The translations under genes and the position numbers were made by a program. Source: Centroscyllium fabricii (lineage: Eukaryota). Taken from it: DNA of 64,000 nucleotides. Below, piece after piece: positions 22,801-36,042 of this stretch. Location: NCBI GenBank assembly GCA_051313645.2, contig JBNRSN020000008.1:82088001-82152000 (forward strand), read 5' to 3'. The notes beneath the pieces were generated by a model. The model did no database searches. It worked only from the letters and a program-made list of their open reading frames with translations, and was not told the origin of the DNA. Within the stretch, counting starts at the first letter, position 1; each line of letters starts with the position of its first letter.

Positions 22801-24788
22801 TTCGGGACCCCCTGGATTTGGTATTTTGTGTCCATCTCCGCCGAAAAGCCTGCCTGATGGCTCACTGAAAATTGACGCCATAGAATTATGAATTTCAAAT
22901 CCTTTCGCTAGCTTGAACTTGATCACTTGCAGAATATTGTTGAGTTATGCACACACTCAGCTGTAGTATTCATTTTTCAGGAATATTCTAAGCGATATTT
23001 AGGCATCCCTGGTGGATATGCTAATGCGGGGCCTGACGTCTGCTTATGGGCCCCGCTCTGAAATTGGTCAGAAACTGAGGATACTGCCGGCTAACTAGCG
23101 GTTCTTACAGGGAATACTGGAGGCTGCCAACATAAAGTTAAGGTTTTCCTTTTTAACTTGCCTTCGTGTGGAGCCAGAGTGGGGAAGGAGTGCTCCTTGT
23201 GGCTCCACAGCACGACTGCGGGCCACTGCCTAACCGTGCTCGTCCCCCTCCTGTTCGCCTCTCCGGACTCCCACCACCTATCTGAGGGGCGCTGCCAGTG
23301 TCACAGCCAGCCCAAATTGGTTCAGTGGAAACCGACGAACTGCCTCAGGAGCCCCGACAGATGCCTGCAGCTCCGCGGAATTATTCAGATGAGGCCTGAG
23401 GTGCAATTTTGAGTGAGTGTGTCGACCATTTTGAGCCCGAAAACAAGCCTAAACTAATTTCTCCCCCACTCCTAATTTCATCAATGGCATGTGAAGGCAC
23501 TTCAGTGCCCTACACCGTGCACACAATAATCACAAAACCTAACGCACAATGACAATGAAGAAGTGTTTTGATGGTTATTAGCTAATATTTAAAAATATCT
23601 AAAGAGCTGAGATTTTATTTTACTTTAAAATCAATTATTTTAAACTCATCAATTTAAATATATTCACCTGCACCATTATTTTTCAGTCTAAGTGACTGCG
23701 TTGATAAACTGTCATAAACTCCAGAAATTTGCAATTGCCATTGACTTAAATGAGAGGTGGGAGGAGCTATGATGATCAATTTTGCACGGTTTTGGCGAGG
23801 GTACTGGAGCAGTGGTGTAAACGTCCCAGAAATTTATGGTGCAATGTAAATAATGGCATAATTCACTTATGACTAATTTCCATGGATCTTTTAATGGTTT
23901 AAAACAAACCCAATGCCGTAGATGCACCATTCCAATGGCGCAAGTCTCCAGGAAATTCTGGGCCACTCTTTTCTCCACACAGATGTGAATTGAAATCCAG
24001 CCCAGGCAATGGAAGAAAAGTATCATCCTCTGATTGGTGATAAGGATCCTAATTCCAAATAAGTCTGAAATATTTCTGAACAAATTTCCAATGTCTATGC
24101 TAGACATGGTTCAAATATACTTTCAAATGTGGCATAGTTAACATTACTTTTACCAGTCTCTGTCACAGACCATGCCTGTAGAAGTTTGCAAATTATATAC
24201 CAGTTCAGGGGTGATGTTCTAGGCATATTATTCACCTAATAATTAGGCGAACTGTGCATTCCATGTATTCCATAGCATATCTAACCTACTGCAAAGGGAG
24301 GAAATTGCTTCATTCCCTAACAATGTACTTTGTATTGACAGCTGCACATAATATGCATGCATGAAAAATAAGAATAAAAAGTCACATTTTGAAGAATTTC
24401 TATAATTTGACTGATTGGAAATAGTTTGATAGATATTTTTTCAGAGATGAACTTCTTTCCCACTTAGCCAAGTAACTTTACATTCAAACCCTCAAAATGT
24501 TATGTATTATAGCCCAGGTATTATAGACATAAGGACCTAGACTTCCTGCTTGTGGTGAATACCCGAATGGAAAGTTGGTGGAGTGAGATTCCTGCCTGCC
24601 GAAATGAGAATTTTCCAGAAAGTGTGTGAGCTTCTGACATCAGGAATGGCACTCATTGGGAGCTTGCCATTGCGGGGACAAAAGCTTGCTAACTGCACAG
24701 GATTTAAAGGTCTGCAGAAGCTTAAAGATTCAGCACAGCAAGATCAGGAATTTCCAGCAGCTCTTGAAAGGAAAAAAGTTCAAGAGAA

Positions 24789-25000
24789 TGGCTGAAAGCC
24801 CTTAGGTTCATAGATGAGGCCATGGAACTGCTTTTAACAAATGTTAAGCAGGGAAAGGAGTGCTCATTTGGAACCCCTCGATGATGTTCAGTAAAGAAAG
24901 CAGCACAACAATAATGGCAGGAAGTGTCCATTGCCAACTCCATTACCTCGCACTGCAGTGCAGAAAAAGTTTAATGACCTCCCCAAAACTGCCAAAGTAG
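24789..25000 (+). pseudogene. Decayed Harbinger-type Myb/SANT gene exon (remnant probably extends about 24530-26460)
   Basis: Fragments resembling RF.DEAMELLL, WQEV and QCRKKFNDL, with frameshifts; similar to 37178-37414. Confidence 0.5.
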
Positions 25001-26718
25001 GAGGAGCCAGCTGCAACTGCCAACATGCACTGAGCTAAATATTCTTGGAAGGTATGGCTGGCTTCTCTTAGATTCAGCTCCCTCTATGTGTTGAAGTGCT
25101 TTAATAGCACACCTCAATATCCGAGGTACTTCAGGGCACTTTACACCTCCAGCCTTTCTCCAAGTGTGCTGTCATTCTTACATGATTTACCTTACTGAGG
25201 GGTGATGAGGTGTGTTTAATCCATGCACATCTTACCATCCCCGTTACAGTCTGCATGCTGACAGTTGGATTGGACTCTATCTCAAGTCAGCTGGTAGCCA
25301 TTTTCACTTTTGTGCAATATTTTTAATATAACACTAAAGAGAGATTGGCCACAGATCTCTAACCTGTGCCTTTTCACAGTTGCTAGAACTCTAAATCTGC
25401 ACCCTGTGAGGAGGAGACTTTGGAGCTTCTTGAAATGGAGGCACTGAAGGAAGTTTGAGTTGGGAAATCAGAGGACAGATGCTTGCTGCAGGTTATTCAG
25501 GACATTATATGCTCCTCTTCCATCTCATGCTATTGGACTGCACTTTACCTGGCAGTAAACTAGATCACACAGCTTCCTGTCACTCCTTCTCCTGACAGTG
25601 ACAAGTGTCTCTTTTCCTCTTCTATGTGTGCCTCATGAACTACTAGTTCCAAAGGCGGAACAAGAAGCAAACCCATCTACATCCAGAATACGCACTATTA
25701 TTCACTCTCAAGCACTAGTCCAGAGACATACACTCGGGAATTAGAGAGCAAGGCAGAGAGGAATGCACAAGGTGATGCACAGAGTACAAGGGGGCAGGAA
25801 GAGCCGGGATCGGAAGATGAGGAGAAAGACATTGCTAACTGGAGGGCATAGAGATGTTGGCCCTTGGCTAAAGAATCTAAGACACATATCATGTGACTCT
25901 TGCTTTAAAAGAAGGATGCTTTCAGAACATCAAGTTTATGTGCAAGTAATGTTGAAAGTCTCTGAGATTGTGTAACAGGCAGCAAGACAATTGGAGGAGT
26001 CCACTACCTGTCTCTGCGGCACAATGATGCATGGCTTCACAGCACTGCAGTCCACACCAATTAGCAGAGGTACCTATGACCGAGGTCCTAAGGACAGCCT
26101 TAGCTTTTGCCATGAATGCTTGGACAGCTGCCATAGAGACTCTGGGTGCCAGAATGGAGAAGGATGTCTCTTCTGGCTTCAACAGGCTTGGTGACCAGTT
26201 ACAGATAACCATTTCTTAGGTCTTCACCAGATAAATTTGCTTTCCTGCTGATCAGTGTCTATGTAGAGCCAGTGTTCTGTACTAGAAGCATTGCAGGAAT
26301 TTGCTCAAAATGTGGGTGTCTTGCAGGATGCCAATATCTGCAAGCCCTCCTACAGCAGCACAAGTGCTCCAGCCAGCAATAGGTACATCTCAACACTCCG
26401 ATACCTTTAGACAAGGACCACCTCAGTCACAAGAGGCTCACCTCCACACACTCCTGCCAGTCAGGGTTAAGACTTCTCAATTTACACACTGGCATTAACC
26501 AAATCAAAAGCTACTCCCTGGTGCAATATATTGGCGCTCTATTGTACGGTGCCACAACACCCCCATGTAATCCCCACTTAACAATAAAAGATTATATTCA
26601 TTAGTATAATACCATTTAAAATAAATACCTGTTGTACATACTGTAGGTGCGTTCCACCTCAGGCAGTTGTAAAGAAATGTCCGGTCTAATTAACTAATCT
26701 CTCATCCTTGCATTACAG

Positions 26719-26826
26719 ATTGTACAACAGACCAGTTTCGCTGTCACAATGGCCAGTGTCTTCCTGCTGACTGGAGATGTGATGGTGTTGTTGACTGTAA
26801 TGATGATTCTGATGAATTGGGCTGCC
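26719..26826 (+). CDS. LRP2: LRP2/megalin-like internal exon (equivalent to exon 2), LDLa repeat 1
   Basis: cattacAG|AT...TGC C|GTAAGT, 108 bp, phase 1-1; translates [35 protein letters not shown] (six Cys, DxSDE). PADWRCDG and the 108/123/117-bp exon series match my recollection of vertebrate LRP2 exons 2-4. Confidence 0.9.
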
Positions 26827-27365
26827 GTAAGTAAACTGAGATCTGACAAAACCTAGAGATTATTCTGCAAAACTGATTTTAATGATTGTTAAAATACTAA
26901 TCTCACATTCATTATGGCTAAGATGTCCAGTCCATCCACATTCACTTAACATCCTAAAGCTTAAAAAAGAGGGAACTATTGTATAGAATTACCCTGGGGA
27001 AAATGTTACTTATATTCAGTATTTTGTGCTCATTGATCTATTTTAATAACTTTCAAAATATTCCAATGATGGAAATGCTTTTTATATAATTCACAAATTA
27101 TTTTTCTTTAAGATGTTCAAATGCTTTTAAATTGTGCAGTTATTTCTGGAAATGAATTTGATGCTAGACTTTTTTTTCTAACACAACCGTACACAATAAA
27201 GCTGTCGCAAGTAATTGGTTCTAACTTGGATGTTACGGATAATGCAGCTGAAAATCTGCAGCCCTATTAGTGATCTATGACGGGTCTTTTGGAAGGGCCA
27301 AAAATTTGGCTAAGACTCGGCGTATCTGGGTCCTTGCCTTCTGTGGCAGTTTCTGCAGGGCCTTA

Positions 27366-30300
27366 TGTGGTAACCGTTATATAGTGTTTATTACCACTGT
27401 AATAGTGAAGCACAATATCAACTAGCATGTATAGCGGCTGGGTGCACTATACACTGTTTTGTATTGCGATACTGTCACGGGGTCAGGTCAGCCACACCTC
27501 TAACTCCTCCCCTCAGGTGAGTGCCTTATAGGTGGGGTCTGACCTGCCCCCAACCATTCTGTACCTGATGTTCGACCGGAGCGTAGCTCCTTTGTAAAGC
27601 TAATAAAAGCCTATAGTTAAGGTAACTACTCGTCTTTAGTATTATTGTATTATTGACGATACGTCAATTTTATTAGCTTTAAAATTTAAAATGGAGAGCG
27701 GCGTTGTGAAACCCGAAAAGCTGGACGTCAGTCCACAGGACCCAGCTGCCGCCAATACATTTGAACACTGGTTCAGTCTCGTTGAGGCCTACATGGAGGC
27801 CGCCAAGGCGACAACCGACAGGAACAAACTGCACGTTCTCACATCGAGGATCTCCAGCCAGGTATACTCCTTCATCCGCGACGCTAAGACGTACACTGAA
27901 GCCGTGGAAAAACTGAAGGCATGCTACGTGCGCCCGGTCCACTCGGTCTACGCCAGACATGTGCTGGCGACCAGACAACAACTAGTTGGTGAGTCCAACG
28001 AACAGTACCTGTTGGTGCTCCAAGCCCTTGTCCGGGCCTGTGACTGCCAGACACGGACGGCACAGGAGGAGGCGAATCTCCTCATCCGGGACGCTTATGT
28101 AACGGGGATCAGGTCCGCCCAGGCCCGCCAGCGGCTGCTGGAGAAAGAGACACTAACACTGGAGGAGGCGATCTCCCTCTCCAACGCTGTGGATGGCGCG
28201 CGCCGCAGATTAGAGGCGTACAGCGGCCAAAGCCCGCACGCCACCTTCGACTCCTGGGCGCCCCCACAACGGCAGTGGCAGCTGCGAAGACGTCGGAGGA
28301 TAAAAGGTGCTATTTCTGCAGCCAGGGACTACACCCGCGAGCAAAATGCCCCGCGAGGACCGCGACCTGCGAGAAGTGTAAGAAAGGGACACAACAGCGC
28401 GGCCTGCGAGAGCTCCAACGCTGGCCCTTGGCCTCAGGTAAGCTGCAGTTGCAGCGCGACCCAGCGACGGTCCGGGGGTAGGGTACAAGCGCCCCCGTCT
28501 CCCACCCTGATACGGCAGAGGCCGGCCGCGCATATGGCAAGCCAAACTCGGCCACGGCCGGCCATGTGCGACCCCCCAACGCTGGCATCTCGCCCAGCAC
28601 GGCCCGCTGCGTGCGAATCATGGGCGCCGCCAACCCAGCCACCGCGGCCTGCTGCGTATGAACCACGGGCACCGCCACCGCGTCCCGCCGCGTGCAAATC
28701 ACGGGCGCCGCCATCTTGTCCGCAGCGACCAGCCATGTGCGACTCCCCGGCGCCACCATCTTGTCTTCAGCGGTCAGCCATGTGTGACTCCCCGGCGCCG
28801 CCATCTTGTCCACAGCGGTCGGCCATGTGCGAATCACGGGCGCCGCCATCTTGTGCACGGCCCCGGCTAGCGGAGGGCTCCCACACAAGCACACACACTT
28901 CGGCCTCAGCCACGGTCGACCAGGCTAGGCCTCACACCCTATCAAATTCCATGATGGGGATTAAAGTCAACGGCCACGCCACTAACTGCCTGTTCGACAC
29001 CGGAAGCACAGAGAGCTTCATCCACCCCGACACAGTGCGGCGCTACGGACTGCAGACCCTGCCCACGCGCTACCAAATCTCCCTTGCTTCACAGTCCCAC
29101 ACAACGGACGTCACCGGCTACTGCTCCGTCACGCTCACAGTCAGGGACTGCGTGTACCGTAATTTTAAATTGTACATACTCCAGCAGTTGTGCGCCCCAG
29201 TCTTACTGGGACTGGATTTCCAGTGCCACCTGAAGAGCGTGACAATGGAGTTCGGTGGGACCCTGGCCCCACTCACCATCAGTAGCCGGGACAATCCCTT
29301 CCTAAAGCAGAGCCCGACTTGTGGCCTTTCCACCCTGAAAGTCGACCCCCCCTCGCTGTTCGCCAACCTCGACCCAAACTGCAAACCCATTGCTACTAAG
29401 AGTCGGCGTTACAGTGCAGGGGATCGGACATTTATCAGGTCGGAGGTCGGGCGTATGGTGCAGGAGGGGATAATTGAAGCGAGCACCAGCCCCTGGCGGG
29501 CCCAGGTCGTAGTGGTTAAGACTGGCGAGAAACTGCGGATGGTGATCGACTACAGCCAGACCATTAACCGCTACACCGGGCTCGACGCCTACCCCCTTCC
29601 CCGCATCTCGGAAATGGTTAACCAGATCGCCCAGTACAAGGTGTTCTCCACAATCGACCTTAAGTCGGGGTATCACCAACTCCCGATCCGAAAAGCCGAC
29701 CGCCTGTACACCGCCTTCGAGGCGAACGGTCGGCTCTACCACTTCCTCCGGGTCCCCTTCGGCGTGACCAACGGGGTGTCGGTATTCCAGAGGGAGATGG
29801 ACCGCATGGTTGACCAGAACGGGTTGTAGGCCACTTTCCCCTACCTGGACAACGTGACCATCTGCGGCCATGACCAGCAGGACCACGATGCCAATCTGGC
29901 CAAATTCCTCCACACGGCGAAACGGCTCGATCTCACGTACAATAAAGATAAGTGCGTCTTTAGTACAGATCGGCTCGCCATCCTCGGATACGTGGTGGAA
30001 AACGGGGTCCTCGGCCCCGACCCACAGCGTATGCGTCCCTTACAGGAACTGCCCCCATCTCACAACCCCAAAGCCCTGAAGAGATGTCTGGGATTTTTCT
30101 CTTATTACGCGCAATGGGTTCCCCAGTTCGCGGATAAGGCCAGACCGCTCCTCAAGGCTGCCGTCTTCCCCCTCTCGGTAGAAGCCCACACGGCGTTCGC
30201 CCGGATCAAGGAAGATATTATCAAGGCGACCATGCACGCCGTTGATGAGTCCATCCCTTTCCAGGTGGAGAGTGATGCTTCGGACTTTGCCCTTGCCGCC

Positions 30301-32237
30301 ACCCTGAATCAGGCAGGCAGGCCCGTAGCGTTTTTCTCCTGCACCCTACAGGGACCCGAAACTCACCACTCTGCAGTGGAAAAGGATGCCCAGGCCATCG
30401 TGGAGACCGTGCGCTACTGGCGTCATTACCTGGCCAGTAAGCGTTTTACCCTGCTCACTGACCAACGGTCGGTCGCATTTATGTTTAACAATAAACAAAA
30501 GGGTAAAATTAATAATGATAAGATCCTGCGGTGGCGGATCGAGCTCTCGACTTACGAGTACGACATTCTTTACCGACCAGGCAAACTCAATGAACCTCCG
30601 GACGCACTGTCCAGGGGAACGTGCGCCAGTGCCCAGCTAGACCGGCTGAAGGAACTCCACGATCGCCTCTGCCACCCGGGTATCACCAGACTTGCCCATT
30701 TCGATAAGTCCCGTAGCCTCCCCTACTCCATCACGGAGATCAAGGCTATGACCCGAGAGTGCCCTGTTTGCGCCGAGTGCAAACCCCAATTTTACAGGCC
30801 AGACACGGCACACCTCATTAAGGCCACCCGCCCCTTTGAACGTCTAAGCGTGGACTTCAAAGGCCCCATCCCCTCCACCGACCGCAACTCGTACTTCCTC
30901 ACGGTCGTAGACGAGTTCTCCCGCTTCCCCTTCACCTTCCCCTGCCCAGATATGACAAGCGCAACGGTGATCAAACACTTCACCACGCTGTTCGCCATTT
31001 TCGGTCTCCCCAGCTACATCCATAGCGACCGGGGGTCGTCGTTCATGAGCGACGAACTGCGTCAGTTTCTGCTTCAGAAAGGGGTTGCCTCAAGCAGAAC
31101 GACCAGTTACAACCCCTGGGGGAACGGCCAGGTAGAAAGGGAGAACGGGATCATCTGGAAGGCGGTCAGCCTGGCCCTGAAGTCCAGAGGCCTTCCAGTG
31201 TCCCGTTGGCAGGCAGTCCTCCCAGATGCGCTGCACTCCATCCGCTCTCTGCTGTGTACGGCTACCAACGCCACACCTCATGAATTGCTCTGTTCCTTCC
31301 CCAGGAAGTCGACTTCGGGGACAGCACTCCCACCATGGCTGATGATGCCGGGGCCGGTCTTACTTAGAAAGCATGTCCGCGGCCATAAGACCGACCCCCT
31401 GGTGGAGAAGGTGCAGCTGCTGCACGCCAACCCACAGTACGCATACGTGCAGTTCCCGGATGGGCGCGAGGACACAGTTTCCATCAGGGACCTAGTGCCC
31501 GCCGGGAGCACCGCAGCAGAGCCCCTGGTCGAGCCTCAGCCCGACCAGCCACCACCTACCGAATACTGGCCTACACACCAACCACAACCCACCGGATTTT
31601 GGCCTATGCACACACACACACCGGAGCCCCCGCCACTACCAGCCGAGGACCAAGAACCGGACGCCGCACCGTAGCCACAGCAGCAGCCGGAGGGCCCACA
31701 GGCACAGCAGCAGCCGGAGGGCTCGGCCCCACCGACACTACTGGCACCAGCGCCGCCGACACTACAGGCACCAGCGCTGCTGACACTACCGGCACCAGCG
31801 CCGCCAACACTGCAGGCACCAGCGCTGCTAACAGAGACCCGGCGGTCCTCAAGACAGACGCGACCGCCGGAGAGACTTATTATGAACTGCTCTGTCCATT
31901 CACCCCGCCGGACTTAATTTTCAAAGAAGTGGTGAATGTGGTAACCGTTATATAGTGTTTATTACCACTGTAATAGTGAAGCACAATATCAACCAGCATG
32001 TATAGCGGCTGGGTGCACTATACACTGTTTTGTATTGCGACACTGTCGTGGGGTCAGGTCAGCCACACCTCTAACTCCTCCCCTCAGGTGAGTGCCTTAT
32101 AGGTGGGGTCTGACCTGCCCCCATTCATTCTGTACCTGATGTTCGACCGGAGCGTAGCTCCTTTGTAAAGCTAATAAAAACCTATAGTTAAGGTAACTAC
32201 TCGTCTTTAGTATTATTGTATTATTGACGATACGTCA
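27366..32237 (+). mobile_element. Full-length Ty3/Gypsy LTR retrotransposon B1 (4872 bp), TSD CCTTA/CCTTG
   Basis: 301-bp LTRs 27366-27666 and 31937-32237 (about 7 differences); gag ATG 27691; in-frame TAG at 29827 and 31672; lesions around the zinc knuckles. Confidence 0.96.
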
Positions 32238-32994
32238 CCTTGTTTGGGAAAGAGTTTCCATCTTCCCCAAGCAAGGTCAGCAGTGTAGGATGGGACATAG
32301 TTGTGGTAGGGACTCACAGCCCAAAGGTTCCTGGGGCCACACCCTGATGGGATGTAGATGGGCTCATACACCAAGAGAGCAGGTGTAATGGCCTGAAGAT
32401 CGTCAGAAGTGGGTCTGGGCCTGGATCATGCCCTGGAACTCCATTGGTAAAAGAGTATGTTGTCGGATATTTTGGCTCCCTCACAAATGAGGCTAGGGGG
32501 CACTTTGGTCTTTTTACTGGGAGCGGGCTTGGTGCCACTCCCCCTGAAGTTACACACTTGGAGTTTCTTAGCCTCTGTGCCATAGTCGGTGCTTGGGACC
32601 TGTGTGGATTGTGTTAATGAGATGGCCCCTCAAACTTTGGTGGGGTCAACATTGGAGGTTAACAGTGGGTAGATCATGACATTTATGCTGGGTCCAAAGG
32701 CCAGTGTGTTTTCAGGTAACCAGGGGCCTTTATTTTCATGCCACACTGGCCCACTGAAGTGCCACAGACTGGGGATGCGGGAATTCCCTGTCCATGATTC
32801 TCTACCCTGACCACTGAGGCTGCAAGCCTTGTTTGGGGTGGGTGGAGGTTCTGTCTTTAGCAAGGCCTATGAAAATTGTTAGGGAAAACTGAATTTTTTT
32901 GGCTTCCAGTCATTTAATCAGGAATCAGCCTATTTTCCTTTTTGAATGGTTATTGTTTCACTCCTGTTCTCCTTTGTTGTTTCACTACCAACTG

Positions 32995-33306
32995 TCTCTC
33001 CTGTTCTTCACTGTTGGGGTGAAGTACAATGAGCAACAATCTCCCTTTGCTACCTCGCCAAAGTTGACAATATTTACGTGCGAGTCTTTATGGCGATTGT
33101 TGTCAACCTATTTGAATGCGGGAAGCACCACCGCTAAGCCCAGTGCTATCCTCATTTGATGTGCGTACAGTGCCATTTTGGACAAAGGTTGCTGGATTGC
33201 GATCAGGAGGGGGACCTTGTCTGATTTCTTTTTTTCTCCAGGGACATTGAAGTCAATTGCAGTGCCTCTACTGAAACCTGACTGAGATCAACTGACTTAG
33301 CCAAGT
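32995..33306 (-). mobile_element. Ancient SINE remnant, AmnSINE2-like
   Basis: Minus strand GGCTAAGTCAGTTGATCTCAG...CTCCTGATCGCAATCCAG...TTTGGCGAGGTA resembles my recollection of the AmnSINE2 consensus; not verified by search. Confidence 0.45.
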
Positions 33307-33685
33307 TCCGCACTCATGAGCACGGCCTCAACCGTGATATTGGCTTCATGTCGCGCTACATGTGACCCCACCTGACGTAGAGTCATCCAGACTCGAGTCG
33401 TCTTTGGCTCGTCCTCACTACGCGGATGCGGCTACAATTTCCAGCTAGAAAAATCTTTTTTTTTTAATCATTCTGTGGGTTTTCACAGAGACACCAGACT
33501 GCAGCATTTGACCCTTTGTGACTGCACCTCATTGATCTCAGGCTGGTGCCTGGCTGACTGATATGTTAAAACACCTTTGATTGCTTTGAATGTCTCTCTG
33601 CTGAGGTGTGATGTTGGACAGTTGAAAAGATTACATTGTTCTCTCCCTCTACATATGCAGTGTTTAAATGAATCTCTTTTACATG

Positions 33686-33720
33686 CACCTGATGATTGAG
33701 CTACGCTCCGAAAGCTTGTG
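33686..33720 (+). ncRNA. Minimal type I hammerhead ribozyme motif in a Penelope-like terminal remnant (about 33686-33810)
   Basis: CAC-CTGATGA-tt-GAGC tac GCTC-c-GAAA-GCTT-GTG: core boxes, stem II, palindromic AAGCTT stem III, stem I CAC/GTG. Confidence 0.7.
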
Positions 33721-34387
33721 ATTTCAAATAAAACTGTTGGACTATAACCTGGTGTTGTGTGACTTCTTACAATTGTCCACCCCAGTCCAACACCGGCACC
33801 TCCACATCATGACTTAGCATAGATTACAGATCTATTACTGATCTGTATGGCTTAATTATTCACTGGATAAGCTTGCTGAACCCCATTTTGAGTGTTTCAA
33901 GTCACTATGCACGGCAGTATGGAATGTAAACTAACAGCTCATGGTGTAACAAGTTGCACCTTAAATTATGTGTTGCTGATTACTTTCTGTACCCCTGTTC
34001 TCAAAACATACCACTCTATTGCTGCTTTTATATTGGTATTGTTTTAATTTGGATGTTGGGAAAATGGTTAGTATAAGAATACTGCCACTGATAACTGTTT
34101 TCAGGTTATAAAGTAAGTCATTACTCTCCAGGTTATAGAACTGACTTGAGATCCAGGGCTTTCTAGCAATTACTTACTCCCTAAATCTTTGAGACAGTTG
34201 TTCACTCCTGTATCCCTTAACTGCAGTGGGGCTGGATTTTCTGTCCATTCATAGTCCTTGGGCAGAGAATCTAGTTCAGTACATTAGAGATTTTGAAATA
34301 TTAAAACTCGGTGTTGTATTTTGGTGTACTAATTTCGAAATGCCCCTTGATCTTCACTTCACCGATACTATATTTATTTGATTTCAG

Positions 34388-34510
34388 CTCTGCCTACCTG
34401 TACAGCAGACCAGTTTCAGTGTGAGGGAAATGGAGAATGTATTTCTCAAAGTTGGGTGTGTGATGATGAAGAAGACTGTGATGATGGATCTGATGAACAT
34501 CAGCAATGTT
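34388..34510 (+). CDS. LRP2: LRP2/megalin-like internal exon (equivalent to exon 3), LDLa repeat 2
   Basis: atttcAG|CT...TGT T|GTAAGT, 123 bp, phase 1-1; [41 protein letters not shown]; splices in frame to the previous exon. Confidence 0.9.
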
Positions 34511-34563
34511 GTAAGTCTGGGGTTTAATTTTGCCATGTTTCATATACAGGAAATGTAGGTGTA

Positions 34564-34966
34564 ACATACAAATATAGAAGATAGGAGCAGGAGTAGGCCA
34601 TTCGGCCCTTCGAGCCTGCTCCGCCATTCAATGAGATCATGGCTGATCATCCAAACCCAGTACCCTGTCACTGCCTTGTCCCCATATCGCTCGATCCCTA
34701 TCGAGCCTGCCCCGACACATATCCCACCCTATCCCTGTAACCCCACATATTCAATCCCCCTAACACTAAGGGTCAATTTATCATGGCCAATCAACCTAAC
34801 CCGCACATCTTTGGACTGTAGGAGGAAACTGGAGCACCCGGAGGAAACCCACGCAGACACGGGGAGAATGTGCAAACTCCACACAGATAGTACCTGAGGC
34901 TGGATTTGAACCCGGGTCTCTGGTGCTGTAAGGCAACAGTGCTAACCACTATGCCACCGTGCCGCC
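34564..34966 (-). mobile_element. V-SINE (HE1-like), full length
   Basis: Same head, V domain and CR1 tail as the other copies; begins about 55 bp after the exon donor. Confidence 0.85.
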
Positions 34967-35529
34967 TCTACATGAGTAGATTTGAATGGTGTATTGTGTA
35001 CTTTATGGGGGAGAAATTCAGTTGTTTGTGCCACTCGTTGGCACCCTAGGAGGGCGCTAATGGGGGCGCAAAGCAATTAGCGCCCGGACGCGGCGAGTTT
35101 AGAGCCGCTCGGCAAATTCACTAGGCGCTCGGCGGCGGCGTTAAACATTAGCGCGCGATCTCCTGCTCACGCAGATTTTGACGTCATTCGAGAGTGCAAC
35201 ACCCTTGGGGAGCCCTGAACCGGAAATTGAGTGGTGCACCCCTCCTTTCCGCCCCGCGCTACCAATGACAGGTAGACTGGAACACATCCCAATCACTGTG
35301 GGACTGGGGGGGGGGTTGCTATTTAAAGGGGGTCTCTTCCTGGATTTGGTGTGGTAGCCATTTTTGCACCACTCGGTCGGAGCGAGAGAGGGAGAGTTGC
35401 AGAGAGACAGAGAGAGAAAGAGAGACTTCTCGTTTGACTCAATACTTTGGGCCTCTGCTCATAACTTTTCAGGTACTGTTGGTTGTTGGCCTTCACTGCT
35501 TTGCTTGCCTCGAGACTATGGGAGCTGCA

Positions 35530-36042
35530 ATGGATGGGGCGTCGTCCTGCTCTATCACATTTGCAGGGCACAGAGACGCCGAGAGAGAGTAGTAATCATG
35601 GCCAGGCGGAGGAGGGCCAACAGGTGTCTGCAAAGGAGACCTTACCCTCCCAGTGTATTCCGCCAGCAATTCTCGTATATTAATATGTCTGAGGAGCAGT
35701 ATTTGCGCAGGCTGCGCTTCAGGAAGGAGGTGGTCACTGAGCTCTGCCACCTGCTTCAGCCAGACCTGCAGTATCAACTGAGGACCAGGACGTCTGTCAG
35801 TGGCAGTGAAGCTAACTGTGGCTCTCAACTTCTATGCCACTGACTCATTTCAGGCAGCTACCGGGGACATAGCTAATATCTCCCAGTTTTCGGTGCAATG
35901 CTGCATCCGTCAGGTAACAAATGCCCTCTTTAAAAGGAGGCAAGAGTATATATCGTTCCCCATGACCCCGGACAAGCAGCAAGAATGCGAAATGGGCTTT
36001 GCGAGGATAGCGGGCTTCCTCATGGTGCAGGGCGCCATTAAC
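35530..36042 (+). pseudogene. Harbinger (HARBI1-like) transposase N-terminal half
   Basis: MSEEQYLRRLRFRKEVVTELCHLL, VAVKLTVALNFYATDSFQ...GDIANISQ, GFARIAGFLMVQGAIN; frameshifted and cut at the GAID motif. Confidence 0.85.

Noticed and set aside
20500-26700. Search for LRP2 exon 1 or another host gene
   Set aside because: No convincing signal-peptide exon found by eye; the short ORFs here are AT-rich noise or transposon relics. Exon 1 is probably upstream of the window.
27563-27592. CTGATG plus GGAGC/GCTCC hairpin in B LTRs as a hammerhead
   Set aside because: Lacks the CUGANGA and GAAA core in the required arrangement.
34890-34966. tRNA-like sequence with A/B boxes
   Set aside because: It is the head of a V-SINE, present in all four copies, not a tRNA gene.
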